This document shows, piece by piece, positions 28,699-38,922 of a stretch of DNA of 64,000 nt (its first letter is position 1; each line of letters starts with the position of its first letter). The translations under genes were made by a program, and so were the position numbers. The notes beneath the pieces were generated by a model, which saw only the letters and a program-made list of their open reading frames with translations, did no database searches and was not told where the DNA came from. Source of the stretch: Candidatus Poribacteria bacterium (GTDB lineage Bacteria > Poribacteria > WGA-4E > WGA-3G); NCBI GenBank assembly GCA_965242965.1, contig OZ251518.1, positions 4,192,001 through 4,256,000 on the forward strand. The letters are read 5' to 3'.

Positions 28699-30486
28699 AT
28701 GCAAACAGAAACCAAAGTTCACCACCCACCAGACGAACAGCATATCCTGCTCACTAGCCTTGGCAGGAATGCCATTGAAACGGAATACAAATGGCAAGGA
28801 GACCGGAAAATTACCGCATCTCTCACACCACTTGCATTAGTGCAGTTTCTCCAAGCGGAGGAACGTCCTAATCGCGTTGTCACGTTGGTTACGGAAAAGG
28901 CTCAGCGAGACACATGGCCAATCTTTCAGGAGGGGATACTCGAGGTTCTTGGAGTTACCCCGGAAATGGTTGAGATTTCTATCGGCAGTACCGACGATGA
29001 AATCCGCCAGATTCTTGCGGCTGTCGCCAGCAAAATTCCCGCAGGCGCGCAACTCACACTTGATGTGACGCAGGGGCTCCGCCATTTTCCGTTCATCTTT
29101 TACGCGCTGGCGCTTTACCTGAAATCGCTGCGCGGTGTCAAGGTGCGCGGAGTCTACTACGGCATGGTAGATGCATTTCCAAAAGAGGCACCCAAACCGA
29201 TTATTGACTTGCAACCGCTATTGGCATTGCCGGAGTGGTTTCATGCGGTGCGGATGTTCCGGGAACACGGGACAACCTCGCCGATAGCAGAACTGCTTCA
29301 ACCTCTCGCGCCGAGGCTTCGGCAAGAAAAACCGGAACTGTTTGACTCCGGTGACAGGGATGCCAGGCGCGAACGAGATCAGTTAGCAAGGCAAGTTGAA
29401 CGGGCTGTTGATGCATTGGAAAAATACGCGTTTGCTTATGAATCTGCCTTACCTCTCGAATTGGGAGCTGCCAGCGGGGAACTCAGCACTCGTATTGAAA
29501 CACTTGCCACGCTCAACATCCCAGGGACTCCACCCCTCGCTACGGAATTAGCGACGGCGGTTACCGAGGCAGCCGAAGAGACTGTCTTTGCAGTGCACCC
29601 TGGGAGAAAAGGGAATTGGAAAACGCGAGTGCCTTTGGACGAAAATGAGTTAGTCCGCCAAGCGCGTATGATTGACAGGTATCTGGCGCGCGAACAATTG
29701 CCATTGGCGTTTGGCTTGATGCGTGAATGGGTAGTCTCTTGGGCCATCTTTCAATCGGACGAGCCAACCGAGCGATGGTTGGATAACGGAAGCCGCCGAC
29801 GCTACGAGCAACGCCTGGGCGCGCTCGGCGAATTCGCGAGGAATCCAGCGTTTCGAGACATCATCACGCCAGCACAGCAGGTTTTTGGCACCTTCTGGCA
29901 TCGGTTGACAAACCAACTCCGCAACGCATTACATCACCATGGAATGCGCGAAGAAGTTGTCAAACAGCCGCTTCCCTCGCTTCAAGAGGTGCAAGAATTC
30001 TGGAATCGACTGAAAGAAATGGACATGGAATTGCCCACGTTGGGTGGTGGTAAAGGCACGTTGCTACTTTCGCCACAAGGGACACGGCATGGCGTGTTGT
30101 TCTCTGCACTAAAAGTCGCAAAACCTGATACCTGCGTTGTTATTTGTTCGGCGGCGACAGCAGGCAGCATTCAGGAAGCAGCCAAACGCGCGGGGTTTGA
30201 GGGTAAGATTGAAAAAATTGAATTGGCAGAACCGCACGGTGGCTATGCCGAAATCGCGCAGGCGGTAGCACAAGCACGGGAGGAACTGTTGAATGCCGAT
30301 GCCGTTGTCGCCAACCTGACAGGCGGCACGACGCTGATGGGCATAGTCGTCCAGCAGATGACAGAAGAGGCGAGCAAGTTGGGTCGCGATGTCCGCCGTT
30401 TCGCCCTGGTCGATCGCAGGCCACCAGTCGAGCAAGATAACAACCCGTTTGTGCAAGGGGAGGCATACTGGCTGGATACAACCTGA
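28699..30486 (+). CDS. csx1: Csx1/Csm6-like CARF-HEPN ribonuclease with a second CARF-like C-terminal domain
   Basis: LLTSLG, LDVTQGLRHFP (TM1812-type CARF), RNALHH (RxxxxH HEPN), C-terminal LLLSPQG...ANLTGGTTLMG. Confidence 0.8.
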   Translation: MQTETKVHHPPDEQHILLTSLGRNAIETEYKWQGDRKITASLTPLALVQFLQAEERPNRVVTLVTEKAQRDTWPIFQEGILEVLGVTPEMVEISIGSTDDEIRQILAAVASKIPAGAQLTLDVTQGLRHFPFIFYALALYLKSLRGVKVRGVYYGMVDAFPKEAPKPIIDLQPLLALPEWFHAVRMFREHGTTSPIAELLQPLAPRLRQEKPELFDSGDRDARRERDQLARQVERAVDALEKYAFAYESALPLELGAASGELSTRIETLATLNIPGTPPLATELATAVTEAAEETVFAVHPGRKGNWKTRVPLDENELVRQARMIDRYLAREQLPLAFGLMREWVVSWAIFQSDEPTERWLDNGSRRRYEQRLGALGEFARNPAFRDIITPAQQVFGTFWHRLTNQLRNALHHHGMREEVVKQPLPSLQEVQEFWNRLKEMDMELPTLGGGKGTLLLSPQGTRHGVLFSALKVAKPDTCVVICSAATAGSIQEAAKRAGFEGKIEKIELAEPHGGYAEIAQAVAQAREELLNADAVVANLTGGTTLMGIVVQQMTEEASKLGRDVRRFALVDRRPPVEQDNNPFVQGEAYWLDTT

Positions 30487-30494
30487 AAAAAAGT

Positions 30495-30649
30495 TTGACA
30501 AAAATGCGAGATGATGTTAAACTTTATGCATCAATTGGAGAAAGTCTCAAGAAAGTTGAGACGCGCAGCCTCGGTGGCAGGGAATCAAAACCATTAAACC
30601 ATAAAACCGCCCCCAAATATTGACAAAAAATGCGGCATAATGTTAAACT
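30495..30649 (+). promoter_or_regulatory. Tandem duplicated sigma70-like promoters upstream of cas10
   Basis: TTGACAAAAATGCGAGATGATGTTAAACT (30495) and TTGACAAAAAATGCGGCATAATGTTAAACT (30620). Confidence 0.65.
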
Positions 30650-30718
30650 AGAAGGGAACATTCTTAGCGTGACATATTGGGCAGAACCACTAGAAACAAC
30701 AAAGCATCAGAGGGGTTT

Positions 30719-33322
30719 ATGACACGAGACTGGAAAACCGGTAAACCTATTGAGGAAGCACGGCATCGGTGGAAAGATCTGATTCTTGACGATGCTTTCG
30801 GCATCACGCAGGCGGACTGGGACACCGTCATTGAGCAAACCGCTGCGCACATTCGGCGTTGGGATGCATTCAACATTGCCGAACGGATTGCTTGCATGGT
30901 GGAGTTGCTCGCGCCGCCGCTCCAAAGGTTATGGCAAGGAAAAGAGGGCGAAGTGCCGTTCCGATGGCTACCGTGCCGTTCGCTCCCTGGCGCGACTGTG
31001 GCGGACCACGGGTTGACTGCCGCCGCCATCGCATATTGCCTCGGTTACGATAACGGCTTCCGGTCTGATACTGAAACGTTGGACCTGCTCCGTCTCTCTG
31101 CACTGACAGCGACATGGCAAGACGATGGACTCGGCGAAGTCTACGACGCGGTCTGGAACGGACTCTTCCCCATCGCGCCAAACGCAACCGGTGACACGTT
31201 AGCACAAATCGTGCATCTGGCGAAAACTGCCGCTGCTGAACGCCTATGCTTTATCAATTCACACTGGCAGGCTCCGAACGCCGAAGAAATTAATGATGCG
31301 CTTGAAACTATCCTCGGCACCGCCGCTTTTGCGTCGCACCCGCTCAAACAAGAGAACGGGTTAACCCAAAAGCAAATCGGTTTGGTGCTTGGCGGTGCCA
31401 CGAAGATAAAAGCCTATTTCCTTGAATCAGCGAAACTGCCGGAAATTCGCGGGGCGAGTGCACTGCTAGACAGACTGAATCTAGAAGATATTCCAGCCCT
31501 CTTTGGACAAGATATCCGCGGCGACGCGCCAAGAACTGAACGTCTACGTAACGCGTTTTGTGAACGGACAGGGCACCGGTTGTCGGCACCCGAATGTATC
31601 ATCTATGTAGCCGGTGGGAACACGCTTGCGTTTACCCCGGTTTCTGTCGTTCACCAGATTGCCGATGAAATGGAGCGGCTTTACAGCCAAGAAACGCTTG
31701 TCGCTAACAGCGTTGCTGTCGGTGAATGTTTTGATTTGCTTGAATTGCAATATGGTTTGAACCCGGCGCAGTTTTGGCTTGAAGAGTTCGCCCAAGCGTG
31801 CGAAAACCCGAAAACTACGGCACTGATGCAGCACGCTTACGGCGGCAAAGCGGCGACAGATTTTCTCAGCAAGAAGTGTTTCGGCGAGTTAACGACGAAG
31901 TTGGCACGCGCGCAATTCCATCGCCGAGAAGGGAACCCAACGCCACATCGCACCACACAGCGCAATCTACCGACATCCGTTGAACTCGTTTCTTATCAGG
32001 AACGCTGCGCGAGTTGTGAGCGAAGACCGGCGGTGATGCGTCACCCTCGGAGGCTCTGCGAGGCGTGCACCCGAAAGTCCGTTACCGGACGCATCGCCAA
32101 ACGCAACGTCACCCCTGAGGACTTGCATCACTATTTGCAGGTGCTGCACCCCTGGGCTCCCTCCAGCCAAAACGCTCAAGGGGAATGGTGTCTCCAAGAC
32201 TGGAGTTCGCTCTTTGAAACCTATCTAGAGGTTATGGGAAAAGCCGACTGCTATGCGCAGTCTACCGAGCACCTTGAAAAGATTGAGGGGCCCCGAGATC
32301 TGGAGGATATCGCCACGGCAAGCAAACCCGGCGGTTTCGTGACATTCATCTACGCAGATGGCAACAACATGGGCAGCTATTTAGAGAATGTTGCAACACC
32401 GGCACAGTACCGGCAGTTTTCGGAACGCGTGTTTCTCGCACTCCAGCAAGCGACATTTGACGCATTGGCGGTGCAGCTGACTCCCACTCAAAGGAATCGC
32501 CACCCGTTTGAAATTGTCTCCATCGGCGGCGATGATCTGGTGCTAATTGTACCTGGCAGTAAGGCGTTTGAAGTCGTTCATGCTATCGGCGAAAACTTTG
32601 ACAGGACGTTTGAGAGCCGCGCCCAGTTTGCTGAAACACTCCGTCCATCGCAACGATATACCCCGAAGGAATGGTTTGATAACCGAGAGATGCAACCCGC
32701 GATAAGCCTCTCCCTTGGTTTTGTCATTGCAGCCGAACACACGCCCATTGCGTTCTTGGAGCATCTCGCCGGCAGCCTGCTGAAATCGGCGAAAAAACAA
32801 GCGAAGACACTGAAAACACCGGACATCGGATACCTTGGCGGCACCGCGGATTTTCTGGTGCTGAAGTCGCTCTCCATGATTACCAGCGAACTGGGTGATT
32901 TCCGGAAGCGGTTCTATCACTTCGGTGAAGAAGAAACGGACGCGCTCACGATGCGTCCCTTCACCTTGCATGAATTGGACGGCTTCATCAAAACAGTGCG
33001 CGCCTTCAAAGACAGCGAATTCCCGCGTTCCCAACTGTATCAACTGCGGCAATCGCTCCACCTCGGCAGGATGACATCAACACTAGAGTATCTCTACTTT
33101 CGCTGTCGGCTAAGCGATGGAAAAGGCGAAACACTGCAACGCGAGTTGGAAGAAAACTGGCAGGGAACTGAAAGAGGCGTGAACTTGGGACCGTGGTATC
33201 CAAAGGGCACGGAGCCGGAACGCTACGAAACGTTGCTGTTGGATCTGATTGAGGCGTATGATTTTATCGCCAGCACCAACGACGAAACGGAGAGGAACGC
33301 TAATGGCAGAAGCATCAATTGA
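30719..33322 (+). CDS. cas10: Type III-D Cas10 with an intact cyclase motif and no evident HD nuclease
   Basis: IKAYFLESAKLPEIRGASALL, YVAGGN, CxxC pairs, YADGNNMG, SIGGDDLV. Confidence 0.92.
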   Translation: MTRDWKTGKPIEEARHRWKDLILDDAFGITQADWDTVIEQTAAHIRRWDAFNIAERIACMVELLAPPLQRLWQGKEGEVPFRWLPCRSLPGATVADHGLTAAAIAYCLGYDNGFRSDTETLDLLRLSALTATWQDDGLGEVYDAVWNGLFPIAPNATGDTLAQIVHLAKTAAAERLCFINSHWQAPNAEEINDALETILGTAAFASHPLKQENGLTQKQIGLVLGGATKIKAYFLESAKLPEIRGASALLDRLNLEDIPALFGQDIRGDAPRTERLRNAFCERTGHRLSAPECIIYVAGGNTLAFTPVSVVHQIADEMERLYSQETLVANSVAVGECFDLLELQYGLNPAQFWLEEFAQACENPKTTALMQHAYGGKAATDFLSKKCFGELTTKLARAQFHRREGNPTPHRTTQRNLPTSVELVSYQERCASCERRPAVMRHPRRLCEACTRKSVTGRIAKRNVTPEDLHHYLQVLHPWAPSSQNAQGEWCLQDWSSLFETYLEVMGKADCYAQSTEHLEKIEGPRDLEDIATASKPGGFVTFIYADGNNMGSYLENVATPAQYRQFSERVFLALQQATFDALAVQLTPTQRNRHPFEIVSIGGDDLVLIVPGSKAFEVVHAIGENFDRTFESRAQFAETLRPSQRYTPKEWFDNREMQPAISLSLGFVIAAEHTPIAFLEHLAGSLLKSAKKQAKTLKTPDIGYLGGTADFLVLKSLSMITSELGDFRKRFYHFGEEETDALTMRPFTLHELDGFIKTVRAFKDSEFPRSQLYQLRQSLHLGRMTSTLEYLYFRCRLSDGKGETLQRELEENWQGTERGVNLGPWYPKGTEPERYETLLLDLIEAYDFIASTNDETERNANGRSIN

Positions 33323-35171
33323 GAAACGGTGGAAAATTACTGCAACCGTTGATACCGCACTCTGTATCGGCGATAGCGGGGTTAGCGACACCTCCGCAGA
33401 CACGACAACCGTGAAGACGAGCGATGGGAGACTTTACATTCCTGCCTCAACCTTCAAGGGCACTTGGCGACACGCCTGTGAGGCAATTGCGCGCGGACAG
33501 GAACACTTCGTCTGCAACAGCCCACGTGCAGAAACGATGTGCGCGGAAGCCCACTGCGTTGTCTGTCAACTCTTCGGAGCACCGACGTTGGCGGCCAAAA
33601 TTTTCCTGAGCGATTTAGCCGCGGCGACAGAATTGGCGGCGCAATCTACCGAAATCCGAAACGGGGTGACTCTCAATCGCCAGCGAAGAACTGCTGAAGA
33701 ACAACGGCTCTATTTCACGGAAACGAGCTTATCCCACGCGGGCATTGCGTTTTCAGGGGATGTCACACTAGCGAATGAAGTTACGGAGGCACAGATTGAA
33801 CTGCTGAAGGCAGGACTTCAGGCCATTCACGCAATAGGAACGGGAAAATCACGCGGGCTCGGTTGGTTGAATATTGAAATTGAACGAGAGGAAAAGGAAA
33901 CTTTCGATGCAGGTTCATCAATAGAACCAGCTCTTTCAGAGGGGTTCACCGAGTTAGCTATTGAAGTCACCCTGCAGTCGCCGATGACTGCGGGTGGGCG
34001 CAAACCAACAGGACAAGCCGTTGAAGCGGTTCAATACGTTCGCGGTGGATTAATCCGCGGTGCTATAGCGAAGGCGTGGCTGGCAGCCCCTGAAAACGGT
34101 GAACCGGACGCTGACTTCCAGCAACTGTTCCTCAGTAACGAAGGCGGTATCTTCCGAAATTGTTATCCCGCCGCAAATGTCTTGCCCGCGACAGCAGTGG
34201 GATGCAAGGATTTCCCGGGGTTCCTCAGCGCAGGCGTTAGCGAAGCACACGGCATTTTTGATACGCTTTTGGAGCAACTCGCCTCGGAACACGCAAATTG
34301 GCTGATATCGCCCAATTGCCCGCATTGCGGCGGGCGCGTGGAAGCACAAACCGGGTTTTATGCACAACGAAACGATGCAACTTATGAACGGAAAACCGTC
34401 AACACTCGGCTGCTCACCCGCGTGGCTATCAACCGACATCGCAAGGTGGCAGAAGAGGGACTGCTCTATCACTTGACAGCCATTGATACGGTAGTAACTG
34501 AAAGCGGAACTGGCCGTTTGCACGGTTCCGCGCGAGTCCCATCACGCCTTGCAAGTCGCGTCGCGGAGACGCTGCAAAAACAGGTGCATCGCCTCGGCGG
34601 TGGCACATCGCGCGGGCTCGGCTGTGTCCACGTGAAGGTGCAACAATGCGAGCATCCCGACGCTTTGGCACAACGCATTCGCGATTTCAACGCCTTGTTG
34701 CAAGAGATATGGGAGGTGTATCGTCACCTCCCATCAGTAGCGATGGAAACGCTGGAAAGCACCTACTTCAGCATCGATTTGCAAGCCGACACACTGCTCA
34801 CTGCCGAAGATGGATGGCAACGCAGTATGGTGCTGAACGCGCCGATGCTGCAACAGATAACGGGATGTAATCTCCCAGTCAAACTCGTGCGCAGTTTCGC
34901 CAGTTACGATTATGTCAGCGGATGGAACGCGGCGTGGGGACTGCCAAAAGAGACAGCACTTGTCACGCGGATGGGGAGTGTCTTTGTGTTTCACACCCCG
35001 GATATTGATGCATGGATGCCGGTATTAAAGACGCTTGAAGAGCAGGGTATCGGCGCGCGGCGAGAAGAAGGGTTCGGGCAGATGTTGGTGTGTGCCCCGT
35101 TCCATCTCCGAACGCGAACAAAGGTTAAATGCGCAGCCCAGTGGCTGGGCAACGCGGAGGAATCGAAATGA
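33303..35171 (+). CDS. csx10: Csx10 (Cas7-Cas5 RAMP fusion)
   Basis: YIPASTFKG, C..C.LFG, IGTGKSRGLG, second RAMP YVRGGLIRGA, LGGGTSRGLG, GIGARREEGFG. Confidence 0.85.
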   Translation: MAEASIEKRWKITATVDTALCIGDSGVSDTSADTTTVKTSDGRLYIPASTFKGTWRHACEAIARGQEHFVCNSPRAETMCAEAHCVVCQLFGAPTLAAKIFLSDLAAATELAAQSTEIRNGVTLNRQRRTAEEQRLYFTETSLSHAGIAFSGDVTLANEVTEAQIELLKAGLQAIHAIGTGKSRGLGWLNIEIEREEKETFDAGSSIEPALSEGFTELAIEVTLQSPMTAGGRKPTGQAVEAVQYVRGGLIRGAIAKAWLAAPENGEPDADFQQLFLSNEGGIFRNCYPAANVLPATAVGCKDFPGFLSAGVSEAHGIFDTLLEQLASEHANWLISPNCPHCGGRVEAQTGFYAQRNDATYERKTVNTRLLTRVAINRHRKVAEEGLLYHLTAIDTVVTESGTGRLHGSARVPSRLASRVAETLQKQVHRLGGGTSRGLGCVHVKVQQCEHPDALAQRIRDFNALLQEIWEVYRHLPSVAMETLESTYFSIDLQADTLLTAEDGWQRSMVLNAPMLQQITGCNLPVKLVRSFASYDYVSGWNAAWGLPKETALVTRMGSVFVFHTPDIDAWMPVLKTLEEQGIGARREEGFGQMLVCAPFHLRTRTKVKCAAQWLGNAEESK

Positions 35172-35635
35172 GCCGAATAGAACACATTCCAGCGCAGCTG
35201 ACGACGGTGTTAATGGAAAAGGAAATTGGCTTGCGGATGGAAGTGCTTATCCCCAAGATGCAAAAGATGGCGAAAGACTACAACCTGCGCGAGGAACATT
35301 CGCCGTTCCGGAACGTGTTGAATGTCGCCACCGACGCAGCTGGCGGGATTGAGGTAACACAGAATTTTATCCGCTATCAACTCGGACGGAGCGGTGCCAA
35401 CCGGATATGGAGCAGCACCGTCGGCGGCAAAAAATTCGCTGTAGCATTGGTAGAGGCAATTGAAGGTTTACGCGACGAAGCGAAAATCGTCGTTGAGAGA
35501 ATGGGCGCGCATTTGGATACCAAGTTGGATGACGCATGGCTGCAGCGCGTGCATGTCCGCCTCATGCAGCTCTACCTCGGCAACCTCGTCCGTTACCAAG
35601 TGTTTCTGGCGAAGGAAAAAGGAGGAAGGAAGTAA
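35168..35635 (+). CDS. cas11: Cas11/Csm2-like small subunit
   Basis: All-helical ~155 aa with NFIRYQLGR, positioned between csx10 and cas7. Confidence 0.7.
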   Translation: MSRIEHIPAQLTTVLMEKEIGLRMEVLIPKMQKMAKDYNLREEHSPFRNVLNVATDAAGGIEVTQNFIRYQLGRSGANRIWSSTVGGKKFAVALVEAIEGLRDEAKIVVERMGAHLDTKLDDAWLQRVHVRLMQLYLGNLVRYQVFLAKEKGGRK

Positions 35636-36447
35636 TGTTTGACACCTTTCATTCGCGACTCAATCTACAAGGCGAACTTGAAACGCTCACGGCGTTTCGC
35701 ATCGGTGCAGGCCGCTCAACCTCTCCTGTCAGCGCAGATCTGCCTGTCGTGCGCGATGCCGCGAATCTCCCCTACATCCCCGGCTCTAGTTTCAAGGGAG
35801 TGCTCCGTTCTTACGTTGAGAGCGTCATGCGGAGTTTGTCGGCTGAGACGCGCATCGTCTGCAATCCGACGGATAACCAGGTGCAGTGCATCACGTCAAA
35901 CCAGATGCAGAATCTTCGACAGGAGCGTGACAACCACCGATGGGACAGCGCGCGGTTCAGCGAAGAAATCTTGGCGCGAACCTGTTGGGTTTGTCAAGTC
36001 TTCGGTTCGCCTTGGTATGCATCCAAACTTCACATTCGCGACCTGCCCGTCCAGTCATCCCTCTGGTTTGGGCAATATCAGCAACGTGATGGTGTCGCGA
36101 TCGACCGCGATACCGAGACAGCCGCCAACCAGAAACTCTACGGTTACGAAGTCGTTCCAGCCGGCATCCGATTCGACTTTCGCGCCGTTGTTGATAACGC
36201 CGAGGATTGGCAACTCGGCCTGTTGTATACCGGGCTCGCTGCTTTTGAAAACAACCGTTTGACTCTTGGCGGTGGCAGCAGCCGCGGACTCGGGTTAGTC
36301 CACCTATCGCTTGCATCCGAATGCTACATCGACAAACAGCATCTGATGAAGCACCTGACAGCGGGATATGAAGGCGAAGCGGCAGAACGTCAGGCGTGGC
36401 TGCAAGCGTTTCACGCCAAAATCGAACAGCAATTGGAGACGCGGTAA
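35635..36447 (+). CDS. csm3: Cas7/Csm3 RAMP
   Basis: FRIGAG..SADLPVVRD, PYIPGSSFKGVLR, C..CQVFG, GVAIDRDT, LGGGSSRGLG. Confidence 0.9.
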   Translation: MFDTFHSRLNLQGELETLTAFRIGAGRSTSPVSADLPVVRDAANLPYIPGSSFKGVLRSYVESVMRSLSAETRIVCNPTDNQVQCITSNQMQNLRQERDNHRWDSARFSEEILARTCWVCQVFGSPWYASKLHIRDLPVQSSLWFGQYQQRDGVAIDRDTETAANQKLYGYEVVPAGIRFDFRAVVDNAEDWQLGLLYTGLAAFENNRLTLGGGSSRGLGLVHLSLASECYIDKQHLMKHLTAGYEGEAAERQAWLQAFHAKIEQQLETR

Positions 36448-37394
36448 TGCACAAGCGGATTGTCAACCAAGCCACGATTGAACTCGCGATTTCGCCCGTG
36501 GGTCCACTGCTCATCAAAGCGGGCGACCAGGGGGCAGACCCGACGAAACCTGACATGGAGTTCGTTGAAACCTACCACGCGGGGGGCAGGAGCGTCTATC
36601 TCCCCGGGTCATCGCTCAAGGGCGCGATGAGGGCGCACTGCGAACGCATTGTCCGAACCATCGGCGGTGCAAACCCGAATGCAGGAAACGTTTGGACGTG
36701 TAACCCCTTGAAAGAGACAGAACCGTGCCGCAATTTGCAAACGGAGCATCAGGAAGATACCGCTGCTATCTACCGAAATTCATGCACTGTTTGCCAACTC
36801 TTCGGTAGCACCGATATCGCCGCACACGCACGTATCGCCGATGCCTATCCTGTTGAACTAGCCGACATTCAACTGGAAGAACGGAATGGTGTCGCGATCG
36901 ACCGCGTCTACGGTTCAGTAGCCTACGGCCCGTTCAACTTCCAAGTGCTGACAGCCGGCGAATTCATCACTAAAATTATGGTGAAAAACTTCACCACCGC
37001 GCAACTCGCGCTCATCGCCCTGGCTATCCGCGATTTTGCAGAACAGCGGGTTGGACTCGGTTTCGCCAAATCACGTGGGTTAGGACAGGTGAATATGAAA
37101 GTTACGCGCGTGGAAATCCGGTACCCAACTGTCATCGTTGAAGAGGGACAATTGCAAATACTTGGACTCCACCGCGGGCGATTTGGCGACAATTGCCTCA
37201 TCGGTGCCGGCGACTTCGTCAACACGGATGAGCGGCAGGCTTACGGGTTCCCCGAATCCGACACGGTTGAGGCAACCGTGCATGCCCAACCCGATGCAAT
37301 TCTCGGTGCCACTCTCGTTTTTGAGGAACCAGATGCCATCACAGCACTATGGCGAGGCTGTGTGCAGTCTTGGCGGGAAACTGTCAGCCTGTAA
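36447..37394 (+). CDS. cas7: Cas7-group RAMP
   Basis: YLPGSSLKGAMR, C..CQLFG, GVAIDR, LGFAKSRGLG. Confidence 0.88.
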   Translation: MHKRIVNQATIELAISPVGPLLIKAGDQGADPTKPDMEFVETYHAGGRSVYLPGSSLKGAMRAHCERIVRTIGGANPNAGNVWTCNPLKETEPCRNLQTEHQEDTAAIYRNSCTVCQLFGSTDIAAHARIADAYPVELADIQLEERNGVAIDRVYGSVAYGPFNFQVLTAGEFITKIMVKNFTTAQLALIALAIRDFAEQRVGLGFAKSRGLGQVNMKVTRVEIRYPTVIVEEGQLQILGLHRGRFGDNCLIGAGDFVNTDERQAYGFPESDTVEATVHAQPDAILGATLVFEEPDAITALWRGCVQSWRETVSL

Positions 37395-37431
37395 CGGCGG
37401 ATGTCTTCACATCCGCCCGTGAGGAGAACCG

Positions 37432-37920
37432 ATGGAGAAAGCAATTGTTGCAACCGCGCACGTGCCAGACGTGTCAACGCTCGTAGCGCAAATTGACACG
37501 CTCACGTTCGGCGAACGAACCTATTATCTGCTCCAACGGCCTGATTCCATCTCCGATTGGACAGCCGGCTGTCCTGACACCGCCGAAATTCAAAAATATG
37601 CCCTCGGCCGACTGTTTGGAGAAAACGGCGAACTGCGTTGGCAGAAAATCGATACCGGCTATACGCTACTTTGGCTTTCCGAAGGGGAATTGCCGGCAGG
37701 ATTTGCACCGATGGGGACATGGGAGATGACAAAATCCCCAGACCAGCTGCTACTCGGCGGCGGCGAGACGGAGCCGTGGCGGGATACGCGCATCCCCCGA
37801 AAACTAGCATATCCCATGGCATGGAGTCAGTCGCCAAAGGTGCGGGTAATTCAGTATCGTGACAGAGACTTGCAAACTATCCGGTTCACGCGCTATACCG
37901 GTTTCATTCAGGGAGGTTAA
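37432..37920 (+). CDS. csx19: Csx19 (type III-D subunit)
   Basis: GRLFGENGELRW, LLLGG, V..Y...IRFTRY tail; size and position typical of III-D. Confidence 0.75.
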   Translation: MEKAIVATAHVPDVSTLVAQIDTLTFGERTYYLLQRPDSISDWTAGCPDTAEIQKYALGRLFGENGELRWQKIDTGYTLLWLSEGELPAGFAPMGTWEMTKSPDQLLLGGGETEPWRDTRIPRKLAYPMAWSQSPKVRVIQYRDRDLQTIRFTRYTGFIQGG

Positions 37921-37924
37921 AAAC

Positions 37925-38911
37925 ATGGGATACCCCCGACATGGCGGAAGAAGTGGCGGCAGACAGTCTCAGCAGCCAGACCCCAAACCTTTCGACTTCG
38001 TATCCCTGCCCCATCGTGTAGCTCGGAAAAAGCCCATTGGGCATGAACAGTATCACGCGGCACACCTAACAGGCCAGCTGCAAGGCACCCTTGAGGCACT
38101 CTCGCCTCTCCATATCGGCAGCGGTATCATTGAACTGGGGCAGGATGTTGAACTCATCAAAACGGTGGTGCGGACAGGCGGGAGAGTCGTCATACCCGGC
38201 AGCTCCCTCAAAGGGGCGATTCGGAGCATCGCCGAGGCGATTTCGGAGAGCTGCGTTTGCAAAGTCTCACGAGATGCACAACGCGCACTACCTAGAGACT
38301 TTCAGGAATGCAGACAGAAAGAACGCTTGTGCATCGCTTGTCGGATATTCGGTGCGATGGGATTTCAGGGAAACGTTGCAATCCAAGACGCACCCCACAT
38401 TCACGGACAAATCGTCACGGCACAGGTTCCCGAACTCTATCGCCCGCGAATCCGCCGAGGCGCGCGAGACGTGCCAGGGCGCAAATTTTACATGCACGGA
38501 CAAGTCGCCTCGGGCCGAACCCCTGTAGAGGCATGCGATGTCGGTTCCAGGTTCCGATTCATTATGCAGGTAGATAACCTGACGCAAGCGGAGTGGGGAC
38601 TCTTGCTTACAGCCTTAGGCCAACACCCCGACTATCCGTTCAAACTGAAGATGGGCGGAGCTAAGCCAGTCTGCTTCGGTTCAATGGACGTTCAAATAGA
38701 ACAGATCCAACTTGAAGACCAGGCTCGCGACCGGTATTTGGCGTGGGATGTGCGTCCGGAAGCCGCAAAAACCGGCGCGCCGTTGGAAATGTGGATACGC
38801 GACTGCATTGCGCAAGCAGCAGATTCACTCATCGTGCAGGATTTACTGGAAGACCTGGCTCAAATCCTGCGGCACCCAAACCAACGCAACTGCCCATCTG
38901 GGCTCTATTGA
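37925..38911 (+). CDS. cas7: Cas7-group RAMP (Csm5-like)
   Basis: PFDFV, LSPLHIGSG, IPGSSLKGAIRS, C..CRIFG, GRKFYMHG, KMGGAKPVCFG. Confidence 0.85.
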   Translation: MGYPRHGGRSGGRQSQQPDPKPFDFVSLPHRVARKKPIGHEQYHAAHLTGQLQGTLEALSPLHIGSGIIELGQDVELIKTVVRTGGRVVIPGSSLKGAIRSIAEAISESCVCKVSRDAQRALPRDFQECRQKERLCIACRIFGAMGFQGNVAIQDAPHIHGQIVTAQVPELYRPRIRRGARDVPGRKFYMHGQVASGRTPVEACDVGSRFRFIMQVDNLTQAEWGLLLTALGQHPDYPFKLKMGGAKPVCFGSMDVQIEQIQLEDQARDRYLAWDVRPEAAKTGAPLEMWIRDCIAQAADSLIVQDLLEDLAQILRHPNQRNCPSGLY

Positions 38912-38922
38912 GGAAGGCACTG

